A DNA stretch of 64,000 nt from assembly GCA_030704615.1 (NCBI GenBank), contig CM060731.1, positions 3,906,001 to 3,970,000 on the forward strand, read 5' to 3'. Positions 12,534-24,627 of this stretch are shown piece by piece. The notes under the pieces are model-generated. The model was given only the letters and a program-made list of their open reading frames with translations, was not told the origin of the DNA and did no database searches. Source of the stretch: Takakia lepidozioides. Taxonomy: Eukaryota; Plantae; Bryophyta. Position 1 is the first letter of the stretch; each line of letters opens with the position of its first letter. The position numbers and the translations under genes are program-made.

Positions 12534-15500
12534 ATGGACAACCCTGCAGGAGAAGATGCAAAGTGTGGCGGAGGAGATCCCTTCGGGGCTGGGAAGGAAA
12601 TCATTGTTGATGTTGACGATGAGTTCAATGAAAGCAAAGCCGCTGAGAAGGGGGGGGGGGGGTCAGAAGGTAAACTCTCAGCTTGTGGTGCAAAGTATGC
12701 TTGCCCCGGGTGGGAGGTTGAAGATTCCCCTGTGTAGGATGGTTTCTATGCCTGTCGTTCGACCACAACTCATCAAGGACATTCTCAAGCTAGAGGCCGA
12801 GTTTGTTCATGGGTATTTGGATGGATCCGCAGTGTTTTACGTTTGTATAAAGGATTCCACAGGCAATGAGCTCTTTGTGGATGAGTCAATCGTGGACTCC
12901 TGGGATCCTATTTGGAGACAGGTGAACGAATCCTTCGAACTTCTTCTCTCCAGGAAACCTTCCATCCAAGCATTCTCGGGGAAGATGTTTCACGTTTGGG
13001 ATGGGAACCACCGGTTGCTTGCATGGATGGCTGTCATTGGGAGGCTGTACTCACAGGAGGAAGAGTGGCATTACTCTGTTCGATCGATGGTGCTGGATTG
13101 TGAGGGGAACATGATGGGTCTTCTGATGGCAATGAATGATGTGAACAGGTTGGTTTCTCATTCTACATGTTCCACTTGTAGTTCCGTGGTTCTTTGATTA
13201 AAGTCCTTGAATTTCAATCTGACTTTCAGATATCATTCTGCAGAGGAACGGAGACATCGCATGTCAAAACGAGTCTGGTTCACACACTGTATAGGATACA
13301 AAGGATCGGGCAGATGCCCTTGACCAACTTCAAGACCATCCTTTCAGCAGAGACATACAAGAAGTGCGAAAGCTCCAAGACATCGGAAACGTGGTACTCG
13401 TTGACAGGTGAGGCTTTCATGGAGTACATGTACACGGTGAGATACATCTTCATTCATCTGCCCTTTCCATATTCCTGCTTCCACATGTTTGTTTCTGTTT
13501 GTTTCCCTTGCCCTTGGGTTGATGCAACTCTCGTGCATTCCCTTGCAGCAAGACATTGTAGATGCAGGGGAGCGTGGCAAACTGGAATACTACAGGTCAA
13601 CCCCTGAGGAGAGAAGGACAGCAAAGGGGGTTGAGAGTCACATCCAAAAAGAGATGACCGCTACAAGAAGGACTATAATGAGTGCTTTTGTGAAGCAGTT
13701 GAGAATTGCCGACCCATCATTTGGATCGCAGTTTCTCCTGGAGATAAAAAACCATTATAACAAGCCAGGCAAGCCAGAGATGGCCCAGGAGAAGTTACAC
13801 AGGTTGTCTACCGCCGTTGTGTCTTCAGAACAGAAGGTGAAGTGGCTACAGATATGGAACTCTGATCCCACAGTTAGGGATACCCACATGTTCCCCGGGC
13901 CGGAGAAAGAGAAGAAGACCCAACGTGTCATTCCTGTCAGTGACAATGTGCTGGACACATGGCTTCACAAGGCCACTTATTGGAGCCAGGTGTGATGTCA
14001 TTTCCTGTGTCACTTTCTTTTCTCTTTTCCTGTCCTTCTCTTTCCATTGCCTCTCACATTCGCTGTGATTTTTTTTGGGTTCATTCTTGCATTTGAATTG
14101 TTTTGCAGTTGGAAGAAAGGGCACGGTCGGTTCTGCATACTCAGCTGGCTGACTATGGCATCACTATGACAGCACCGAAGGTCTCCTTCGAAGCATACAT
14201 GAGGAAATGGAGAGCCACAGTGTGGCACTCTTGTTTCTTTAGAGAGTTCAGCAAGGAGGGTGGCATCAGTCGAACACATGACCTTGACCAGCAAGAAAAA
14301 GGAGAGGAAGCCTGGAAACGATGCCTTTACAGGTGCACACCCTGGGCCGTTCAGGCTACTTAGTGTGCTGTGGTTGCAATGTACTGTGACGCATACAGTT
14401 TAAGGGGGTCTTCCTGGTGTGATGGAAAAGCTGAGAGACAATAATTGCATTGCATAATGAGGCTGTCTCTGTTCCTGCAGGTACATAAAGTTTGTTCTCA
14501 TGGAAGAGAATTGCTTGGACAAACATCCAGATTTCGTGGACCTCTGACTTGTCCCTGCTGGCAATCAGACCATGTTTACTACTGGGATCTTGCATGACTG
14601 GGGCCCAGACCATCTTTCTTCTTGTGGTTGGTATTTGGATTGCCCTCCTTCTGAGACCCCAGCTCCGGAGGTGTCTTTGAGGAGAGAGAATGAGCGAATT
14701 GCAGCCACTGCCGCAGCAGCCGACCTCGACATTCATGAACGAAATTTGAGGACTCTTGCAGAGAAGGAGCCTCCCGCTCAGGATACCCTGGGTAGAGGTA
14801 GAAAGGCAAAGGGAAAAGATGTTGCTGGTGTTGTGGGGAAAGGAAGGGGTAGAGGGAAGGTGGCACAAGGGCAGGGAAGTGTTGCAGGTATTGGCCCAGT
14901 GGTGCATGTCCAGCAGACTCCACCGCATGGTAGGGGATCCGTGAGAAAGAACAAGGGGGTGGTTGATCCCAAGGACCCGTACCATGCAGTGGAACATCCG
15001 ACAAGGGTCATTCGCCCTACCAGGTTGGAGATGGCCAACGTCGGATTCCTTGCCATGATGGAGTCCAAGAAATCTGATTACAAGGGCGAGCCATCACCAG
15101 TGTGGGAGAGGATTGTAGAGTTCCTCGGCACGGTGCGTGTTCTCTTTTGCTTCTTCTCTACAGTGGGCATGGATCATTTCAATCCTCTTGAGTATTCCAT
15201 TGTAATTTTGTTTGTAGGCTAAAATGACCAAATCCTGGGTGAACGGGAAGGAGAAGCAATATGCAGCTGAACTCATAATCTTGGACATCCCTGATGGGTT
15301 GGCAGTCCCAGATGTCCCTCCATCGGGTGCTTGTCCGGGTTGGAATGCTTTTGATGAGCGCTACTGGCGGTGGGTTTTCTCCTTTTGCAATTTTTTCCTG
15401 TCCGATGCAAGTGTTTTGGTGCTCATACAGTCCGCCGACGTTCGCTGTCGCCGTGCACTATTTGAAAGCCTCGGGCATGAGAGTCCTGAAGACATGGAAT

Positions 15501-16652
15501 TGTGTGAACAGCATGTACCTTACGAAGGGGGATCGTCCGGGAGAGATGGTAAATTTGCCTTCTTCTTCCTCTTCTTGGTGGTTCTCGGATGGAGTTGTAT
15601 AGGTCGCTCAAACTCATATGTAGGGGCCTGATTTTTGAAGCTTCTTAGTTCCTTCTGGATGTATTGTTCGCAGACTCGTTTGTTTGAAGCTGTTTGTCTT
15701 GTCCGAGTGCATCCACCAACGACTCCGGCCGGCATTTCGGAGTTCGCCATCACTCATGGGGGTAAGTTCATAGATGACAGGACAGATCCTCCTACGGATG
15801 ACATGCACCACAACTACGTCGATAGCAACGTCTGCTTGCGGAGGGGGAATGGGGTTCCTTGGAGAGGGGCGAGGGAGAGGAGCCCGGCTTTCATTCAAAC
15901 GATTGTGGAGTGCTGCACCTACACAAACGCCAGAGTTCTAGATTTGTCAATGGGCACAGGTTCGTCTCTTCAACATTCGGATTTCATGAGGTTTGATTGA
16001 GCTTGCACTTTCAGTACTTCCCACCGTTCCATAAGTGTCTTCAATGTCTGCTTCCTTCATTCTATTCCACTGCAGGTGCTTCGTACCACGCTTGCAAGGC
16101 CAGTGCGCAACATCTCTTTGGGATTGAAGGGGATGCTGAGATTTACAAGAACCTCCTGAGGGGTTTGGGTGGACACACTTCTCAAGTCCTTCCGAAGCCC
16201 CGTCCCGCTGATATTGATACAGAGGAGACTTCCGACAAGGAGCTGGACTCCGACTTTGCCTGTGAGTAAGTTCAACCTGTGGATGCTTGCATTGTTGTTT
16301 CAATATCGAGAATCACTGTTCTTGAGGCAAAGTTCACATGGCAGACATCCTCTTCGTTGGACTTGTGTATTGCATATTGTGTTCTGAATGGGTTTTTGTC
16401 GACATGTGCAGGAGTCCGCGTGCTTCCACTTGCCCTCCAGGGCTATCACACCTATTTGGACTTCTTTCCAGTCCTCCTCGGTCCTGCGTGCTACCTGTCT
16501 ATGCGGAGGCACTCGCAACAAGCATGACCGTTCATGGCACTCGGAGTCCACCCATCGACAGCCGTGGTAGAAGACGTGGTGTTGGGGCCAGAATCTTTGT
16601 GGATGACATAGCACAAGAGGTCGAGACTGATTCTGATGACTGTGACACTTGA
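12534..16652 (+). pseudogene. ParB/Srx-like domain fused to a beta-class N6-adenine/N4-cytosine DNA methyltransferase domain; about 1050 aa, 9 exons, 3 lesions
   Basis: GT-AG exons: 12534-13148, 13244-13436, 13549-13989, 14109-14332, 14481-15132, 15218-15548, 15674-15959, 16076-16265, 16412-16652 (last exon less certain). ParB signature FHVWDGNHRLLAW. MTase motif IV-like LIILDIPDG precedes motif X/I RERSPAFIQTIVECCT..ARVLDLSMGTGASYHAC..HLFGIEGD. Lesions: extra G in the 13-G run at 12650-12662, TGA at 14545-14547, frameshift at about 15445-15456. Confidence 0.82.
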
Positions 16653-17422
16653 TATTAAGTTTTCTTTTGGTTTTATTCGGGGCCAAATTTGAAATGGGAT
16701 GGTTGTGTGTCCTTGTTGTCATGTTTGCAATGTGTGCGTGGAATGCACATTAATGGGAACAAACTATTGTTGGAGATGGGGGTTGCATGGACTGCCCGGA
16801 TTGTTCCTTCAATCTATTTAGTGTTTTCTGGACCTCACAGACTTGAGTGCATTGCAAAAACAAACAAACGACTTTGGTCCGTGTACAACATTCTCGCATC
16901 ATTTGGTCGTTGGTCTCCAAACCATTCCTGCTAGAAGAATGGTTGGTGAATCCATCACGGTGAAGTCCACCTCATCAAAGAGTTGTGAGGCATTCTCAAA
17001 TCTAATGAGCATCCATGATGCTCCCGCACATACCTGGCATATTCGCAAGGGTGGTGAGTAAGAAAAGATTTCGCAGGGTTCCGCTTTAGATCATGTCAGT
17101 GTGCACCTCCTCACGACGTACCCACATAAACTTGTGAGGGCTTGGTATGTTGATAACGTCTGCATGGATGCAATGGACACAATGGATGTAACATATCCAC
17201 TCTGCATTCCCGGGAAATGGCTGATCAACCTGCGGAAATAGGTGACACCCGCGGAAATAGGCCCTGTATGTATGCTGACGTGGCGTGAGCCTGTGCTGGG
17301 CTCACGGTTTCCTGGGCTCACAGGCTCACGGCTCCAGGCTCATGGAATAGCACCCCTCCCAAACAGGGTATTGCACACTAGGAGCATGATGAACTCCTCC
17401 CCCCCCCCCACCTCCATGTGCA

Positions 17423-20276
17423 TCAAGATACGTACAATTGTCTCTTTGCTGCATTCTGCCGTTTAGGCAGGTTTGCCACATGATGCTTTCTAGCGTGCGC
17501 CTCCAGAAAATCTTTCCATCTCACAAAGGAGTTGGTTGCTCCATCGTCAACCTCAGTGAAAGTGGGGTCTTCTTGGGGATGATGAATACCCTCGTCCATG
17601 CTGCACGTCAAGTCACAAATTTTCCCTTTGGCTGCTCTAACCATAGCAAGGAGATGTTGCTGCAAGACCCTATTATGTCTTGTCATGTCTAGAACCCGCT
17701 CGAACTCATTGGATATTAATGGCAGTAATTCCAGTCCTGGACTTTTCTGGGCGGAATATGGTGATGCGTTTTGGGTAGGACGCATGGGTGCTTTGGAAGG
17801 TATGTCAGCTGGTGATTGAGGTGGTGCAAACAAGCTATGAAGGCCACCTCTACTGCTCCCAATAATGCTTCCACAAAATTTGGCTATGGTGCCATCTTCT
17901 AAGTTGGGGTGCAACATTTGCAACACCTTCACCCGATGCGCACACATATTACCTTTGCGGGCATGCCGACAATCACAACATCCCCAGTTGGACTGTAGAT
18001 TGTGAACCGTATATGTAGTCCTCTCATCCCAAATACATTTGACAGTAGCGATGCCCCCTTCTGTCTGCGGAAGATTCACGAATTTGTTTTGCAAGCAAAA
18101 TAGAGCTGCACACAAAGTCTTCAAGTCGCTTGTTGCGGATGAAGCCATATGTTTTGGCATACGACATATATCAGTAATGAGTAAGCAAATCACCTGTGAG
18201 TTCATGAATGAGCCAATCGACTCGTCTGCTGACCAGTTTGCTCTTTGTGCATTTCAGTTGTGCCTTCAGATTACCATGATAAGCTTCAATGGCGGCGTTT
18301 GTGTCTTGTCCTGCGTGTGGAATATTGCGAGAACCCATTGTCCACATCTTAGCTTTGGGAACCCACTCCTGCTCCAAGTAGTCACAAAATTCACTTATGG
18401 TGGGTACTTGAAATGCAAATTCACAAGTTCGCACACTGCCCATGTTTCACCTGCGTCACCCTCGTTTTTTGCAGCACTATACATGATTTTTGACATATCT
18501 TGCATGACACATGCACGCAAATCTGCATCTTTGATCTTAGACACGACATTCTCTTGCCATGCTCTCCTCACATGCCAAAGGCATAGAAAAACTGCAGACT
18601 GCCCCACACGGCCCTGACATACAAAGACATGTGACAACATTATAATGTGGAGATTTGCAGAAAACCAAAAAATTCCAGAGAGTTGCGAATCGGGATTCAC
18701 CTTATTGCTTTTATTTCAGCATCTGCATCATCAACAATGAAAGCATGTGGGCATCATCCTGCCTGGTTTGCCTGAAGCTTCCCGTTCAGTGTGGACATCC
18801 ATGGCTCCAAATCGATTGTCTTTGATCTTGTTGTGATGATGAATGCAACTGGGATTCCATTCAACCACTCGTCGAATACCATCATGGTGTATAACGGGTA
18901 CTACATAAACAACAATCAATGTACAACAATTGAGGCAGATTTGTATGGAGAAAGCAGTGAGTATGAGATTTGTATGATGTGGGGATGTAGTATGGCAAGT
19001 ACACCTTAAACCTGGCTTCAACGATTGCAATGAAGTAAAAAGACAGATCCCACCTTCTTCTCATTGGTTCCGAAGGTGGCGTCGCATGCGACAATTCGGT
19101 GATGGCCAAATTTCAACATTTGATCTCGCTGCCACACTGTCTGTATGCCAAGAACGAATGGAAGATCAAGTTTGATGTCACTGGATGTCCAAGCCTTGTG
19201 GTTCTTTTCTTCTTGGTAGTAGAAAACACTAGCCATATTTTCATGCACCCACATGCGGACACTCTGTGCATCATTTGGGTGTTTTTTGTATGTCTCTTCA
19301 TCGCATAGCTTCGCAATATTCCGTATGTCATGGGAGAGGAGAAAAGTGTCACGGCTGACGTCCAGCCCTTGCTCCATCAACTCCTTCACTTGCATGGTGT
19401 GCTTGGCCATTATCTTTTTTATGCTCAGCCCAAGACGCAAATTGTGCAAAATCCATGATTTCATGTCATCGCTAAGATGGGGAGCCATCGCACATCGGTT
19501 CAAGTGACATGAAGGTCCGTGGCATATCTGACCTCTTCCATTTACATGTTGTTTCTCATAATAAATTATCTCTGCCATAGCAGGGTCCAGGTAGCATTGC
19601 TTGACAGCTAATCGGCACATGCATCCTCTTTTGATGTCTTCTCCTGTTTTGTTGTTTATAGTCATTTTTTGCTTAGGTTTTTTTCCTGTGGATGCTGGCC
19701 CCACTGTAGGCTTTCTCCCCCTTTTCTTTGGTGGACGTGCACGCCATTTCTTCGCACGCATAGCCTCTGTTACCTCCACAGTATTCATGGTATTGTCTTG
19801 TGGGCCATAGGCGCAGTGATACCTACGCCAAAAACATGAGTGGCCTTTTAGAACCGCTCTTATGAAAGCATAAGTGCATGGCTAGTGGGATTGGACAAAA
19901 CCTGTGTAGAAGCAACATTCATTTCATTTTTCATGAATCATGGCATGCTCAAGTTGAATTCATACCTTGTAATGTTCATGGCACTATTGATGCGTGGTGC
20001 CTGGAGAGTCCTAGCAGGGGTGCCTTTCTGTCATTGAGTGCAGAACGTGCATGGGGCTTCCTTCTGGGAGGACTCACCAGCAATGAAGTCCGCCACCCGA
20101 TTCCAAGGAATATATGCAATTTCAGTTGTGTTCTCATCAGGTATTTGTCCGTGCCATTGGGGCCTCCATTGCAAGTCATGGTGTGTGAAAGTACCTGTCT
20201 TTGGTGTCTGTAGCTGACTTTGCAGATTAGAAAGAAGGTGGGGCAAAATCTTGCCATGTTCAACCTCTTCAGCCAT
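17423..20276 (-). pseudogene. SWIM-zinc-finger MULE transposase (At1g60560/At4g13970-like family), multi-exon, inactivated
   Basis: AYIPWNRVADFIAGE, YHCAYGP, KRGCMC, CDATFGTNEKK (D1), YPLYTMMVFD, FIVDDADAEIKAI (D2), LCLWHVRRAW, DTNAAIEAYH (E), SWIM CDCRHARKGNMCAH. Introns at 19965-19823, 19053-18901 and about 18701-18615. In-frame TGA at 20031-20033, about 18755 and 18171-18173, plus frameshifts. Confidence 0.85.
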
Positions 20277-22102
20277 GCTTACAGAAATAAGACGCTTCTG
20301 AGTTTGTTGATGTCTTCTTTCGCTGCCGTATCCTCACATGCGCCTTTTTGCATTCATATTCTGGGCATGTATAATGGAATGCTGTCAATTCATGTGGGCA
20401 AGCTAGAAACGCATGGAGAGAACTGCTCTACTAGGAAATGCACGATGAGGGTAGCAAAACCCTCCATTGGGGTGGCAGTGTATGTGACGACGTGGCATAT
20501 ATCCCAACGTCCATTCTCTTTCTTCAGATTTGCCATTTCAAAATTTGAAAAGATGTCAGAACGAATTTGAATTGAGGGCATGATGTATGTTTGGGGATAC
20601 CATGTATGCAATGGACGCAAGCATGTGGCATGGGGAGGATGAAGGCATGCAGGGGGGATGGGGGACGATGCCATACATGAGGTGAGGATGGGAGGCGGGA
20701 TGGGGATGGGTGAGAGGACATGTGTCATGTCCTGGCAGAGGGTACATGAGGTGTGGGAGGGGCTGCCACGCGGTATGCGGGCGACAGCGGGGGTGGGCGG
20801 GGGGTCCACGCTGGCTGAACCAGCTCCCTCGCATTGAACTCCAGGGCCCCATCTATTACTTGGCGTGCAAGTGCGTCTCCTATGTGAGGCCCAAGTGCGA
20901 CCTCTAGGGTAGCCTCTACCGTTGGCCCAAGGGTCCAATGTCATCTAAGTGCAAATGCATTTTTTTCCACAAAGACTACAACCAGATTTGAACCGGAGAC
21001 CTTTCCCTTGATATCTCTCCTCTTGAGGCTCCAACTATTATCCCAGGAATTCCCACTTTGCAATTTTTCGTGAATTTCCAGCTACCCAAAGTACTTGAAA
21101 TTCCACATCTCCCACACTGTAGGTCCAAAAATCATGAGACCAAGCCCGTACACCCCTCCTCATCGAGGGCTTTCCAACGGGACCAAGCACTTAGGGTGGG
21201 GCTCGCGGTTGGGGACATCTCAAATCTACAAAACAAACAAAACAAAACAAAAGTCTCGCTTCATATATTGATGGATATGTAACCGCGGTTCTCAAAAATA
21301 AAAAAAACTGGCAAGGGCTCATAAAGAACGAGGTTGAGCAGGCTAAGGCCAGCGGGCATGAGCACAGGCATATTTCAAGTATTCCAAAAGAATCTGGAGA
21401 ATATGCGATTGTGAAATCAAAATGCTCTCACACGGTAAGAAATACGAAACTATTTGAAAACCGTGCTCACGCGAAAAAAATCATGAAATTAATCATCCAA
21501 AGCTTAACTCGTGTGAGCACAAAGACCCACAAAATATATCTGCCAGAACTCAAAGATCAACGCACGTAAACAATGTGGCATTTGGTAACATTGTGTGTAG
21601 AACATCCCCAAGAACCACCCAAAAAACGAGTTTCGCCAACGAGACGCAAACGGTTTTTGCAGCGAAATTTGGTTTCGTTGACGAAATTGGGGTTTTGGTT
21701 TGGTTTTGATTTTTGTTTTTAGGTTTTTCCCTTTCAAGCCGCTTCTATATGTTTAAGATTATATTTAGACACCATGGAGACCCTATTAACGCAGAAAGAC
21801 CCTATGTCCGTCTATTATATGTATTTCCGCTGACATGCATATCACCCCTATAACCGTGGATCTTGCTCACACGCGGCGATTTTTTTTTCCCGTAAAGAAC
21901 TAAGGCTGATTTCTCTTTGTTAATATCTGTTCGTTATACAGCGTAACAGCCAGCCACACAAATACCTGTGCATTGTGTAATGCACACATGCGACATTTCT
22001 TTATCTTTACCTCTAAGATCTTTTTCTCACAAGAAGCTACTAACTAGGAGAAAAGATAAAGGAATGATGAAAAGAAAAAGAAATCATCTCATTTCTTTAA
22101 GC

Positions 22103-22224
22103 AGGGGAAAGCCCTCATGTGGGGCGGTCCTGGATTTTCTGGATATTCGGGCCCGCACCTCGGGCTGCCGCCCTAGGCTTGGGCCCTCAAATCCAGGAAT
22201 GCCCTCCAGTTGGGGCTTTCCCCT
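22103..22224. mobile_element. Small MITE-like inverted-repeat element
   Basis: AGGGGAAAGCCC ... GGGCTTTCCCCT termini with further internal symmetry; no clear TSD. Confidence 0.4.
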
Positions 22225-22857
22225 ATACAGTTACATAGTTTTGAACTAACTAACCGGAAAACCATCAAAGATCCGTCAATGACCCGTTGATAAAACCATA
22301 TGAAAAAACCGGAATCGGAAGTTCTTTGACTCTAAGATTTGGTAAATTTGGAACCAGAGTAATGAAAGAAATCAAATAACCGCCCATTGAACAGTGGTTC
22401 AACCCCCTACAAGATTACACTAGTTCCACAAGTTCTATTTGTTTAATTCTATTTTCTCCGGAAAGGGGACAAGAGGTCTTTAAATCAGATTAGAAGGTGT
22501 TGGAAAAAATATAACCCACAACAAGATCTTTTCTTTTTCTTTTTTCCTAAAAAAGAAACAATAGTTCTAACTTCTAACAACACGACCACTCACAAATCAA
22601 GCCCCTCCCCTAAGTTAATTATAGTGAGAGGATAAAATAACAGGGCTTCTATCCCCTGTTCAAGTATAGAAATAAATAAATAAATAAAACCTCACCATGA
22701 GGTTTACAAGTTACAAGGCTCATTGGAGACTGCCCAAGATGAAGGGGGGAATATATATATATATGTATGACGCCAACCGAAGCTAGCGAAAATAACGTCC
22801 TCTTCATCTTGCGGGTACTGCCCCCTTTCATGGGTGGGCTCTATCCGCACCATAACC

Positions 22858-24059
22858 TGTCACATCGTGGCTAGCTAGCCACTTTCAATCTTACGTTTAT
22901 TGAGGATTAGGGATGTGAGTGATGTAATACCTCTGAAGTGCAAGGCTTGTAGTAGAGGTGTTGTGTATTTGGGTGGTAGGTTGAGATTGTCTTTCAACAC
23001 TTAGATATTGTGGGTATGCGCACCGCCCCTAACACCCGCAAAGATGACGTCAAAGGTGTCGTGTTCAAGCCTAGCTGACAGAGGGCATGTATGATTGGGT
23101 CATATTTTTTGTGTTTGTACATAATTGATTGATTTGGATTTCAATCATGGCATAATGCAAATCCCAAAAAATGTATTGACATATGGAAGCGGTTGCGTCG
23201 GTGGCAATGCCAATACAGGAAGTCCCTCGACTAGCAAAATATCTGGGCGTAGCCTTGCCAAGCAAAGGCATGGGGGTCTTGGGCATAGTAGTAGCCATTG
23301 GGGAGAGAGAGAAGACTCCGGCCGAAGCCGGTGTAACTAAGAGCCACTTCACCTTGCGTCTAGTGCCCCCTTTCGGGGGTGGGCCCTATAAGACTGTAGG
23401 ACACCGGGTAGCCGGGGGTATAGCGGTACCAATGGTACCCCCAGGGTACCTTGGGGTACCTAGTGTATCGTTCTAGAGCTGGATTCCAGTTGCCGTTTGT
23501 TGGTAATAATAACTATGAGGGAGCGGAGCGCCGTGAGGTGGATTGCTTTGAAACATTTATGGATAGGGGGATGGGGATTTTGAAGCTATCATGTATAGCA
23601 TTGATGCTGTGAGGTGGATTGCTTTGAAACATTTATGGATAGGGGGATGGGGATTTTGAAGTTATCATGTATAGCGTTGATGCTGACATTGTGGATGCCC
23701 CCTCTAGTTTTGGCAATGATGACAGTTAGGGGGCAGTGTTCCAGGCCTGCCGGCGGATTGCAAGGATGAGCGGGGCATATTTTTGTATCGATCATGACAT
23801 TATGTGAATTCTATAAAATGGATGGTGATTTGTGGAGATGGTGTAATGGGTGATGGGGTGTTAGTGGGTAGCCCTAGGGCAATATAATGTGGTGTAGTGG
23901 ACGACCTCGGATCGTGCATGCATTGATGAGGATAAACCATATCATCTAGATTTCGGATGTGAAGTGAGAATTTTGTGGAGTTGTCCAACCCCTTGGGGAT
24001 AAGAGTTACCAAATTTGAACCCAGAATCACCGAGGTGGTCCCAAAGTGCACCACCAACA
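22858..24059 (-). mobile_element. Possible LTR remnant with an internal 76-bp tandem duplication (about 23533-23686)
   Basis: Minus strand begins TGTTGG and ends ..TGACA, followed by a PBS-like TGGTGCGGATAG. No TSD or partner LTR seen. Confidence 0.3.
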
Positions 24060-24627
24060 GATTATGTCATAACTCTTACATACATATGTTTGAATGAATT
24101 GAAGATGAAGTTCATGAAAAACCAAAAGTTGATGATATGAAACTTAGATGTGGAGTCTATTCAATGTGGATGTCTATTGGTGAAGAAAAGTGAAGAAAAG
24201 TTCCGGTTGGGGGGGATGACTGGATCAGGGAAGACATTTGGTTGCAGTTGCAACAGTAGAAGTCGGAGTGGCCAGATCTTAGAGAAGTATGAACACATAT
24301 CAGAAGCAAACGATGAATGTAACAAAACAAGAATACATGTGGTCGACAGAGCCCCATGAACAAAGTAAAGGTTGCCAAAATATGCGGTACCTGGGCCACC
24401 CAATTGTTCGAACCTGCGAGAATTATTCTGCAAGATTTATTTGTACCTATCAATGATCACAAATTGAGAATGATCCACCACCACACTGCCATCTCCAACA
24501 GAAATGAAGTATGGCTCCTCATGTTAAATAATAACCAGCAACATGAACTATGCTGAATTTTTAGCCTACCAAATTGAGTGCAGACAATGGAGATGTATTT
24601 TCCCAGCTATAAGGTCAAAACTTCAAC

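Larger units (their letters stand above)
1..17358. mobile_element. Giant Mutator-like (MULE) DNA transposon; left end lies outside the window
   Basis: Contains a MULE DDE/SWIM transposase. The right terminus (...GGCTCACGGCTCCAGGCTCATGGAATAGCACCCCTC, ending about 17358) and about 200 bp of subterminal sequence with paired CGCGGAAATAGG-type motifs match the right end of the TSD-flanked element at 52430-53947. Predicted TSD is about CCAAACAGG (17359-17367); its partner is not in the window. Confidence 0.7.

Noticed and set aside
16820-17165. Possible small third gene on the minus strand near the element terminus
   Set aside because: Two in-frame stops and no recognisable domain; not clearly conserved in the 52430-53947 relative.
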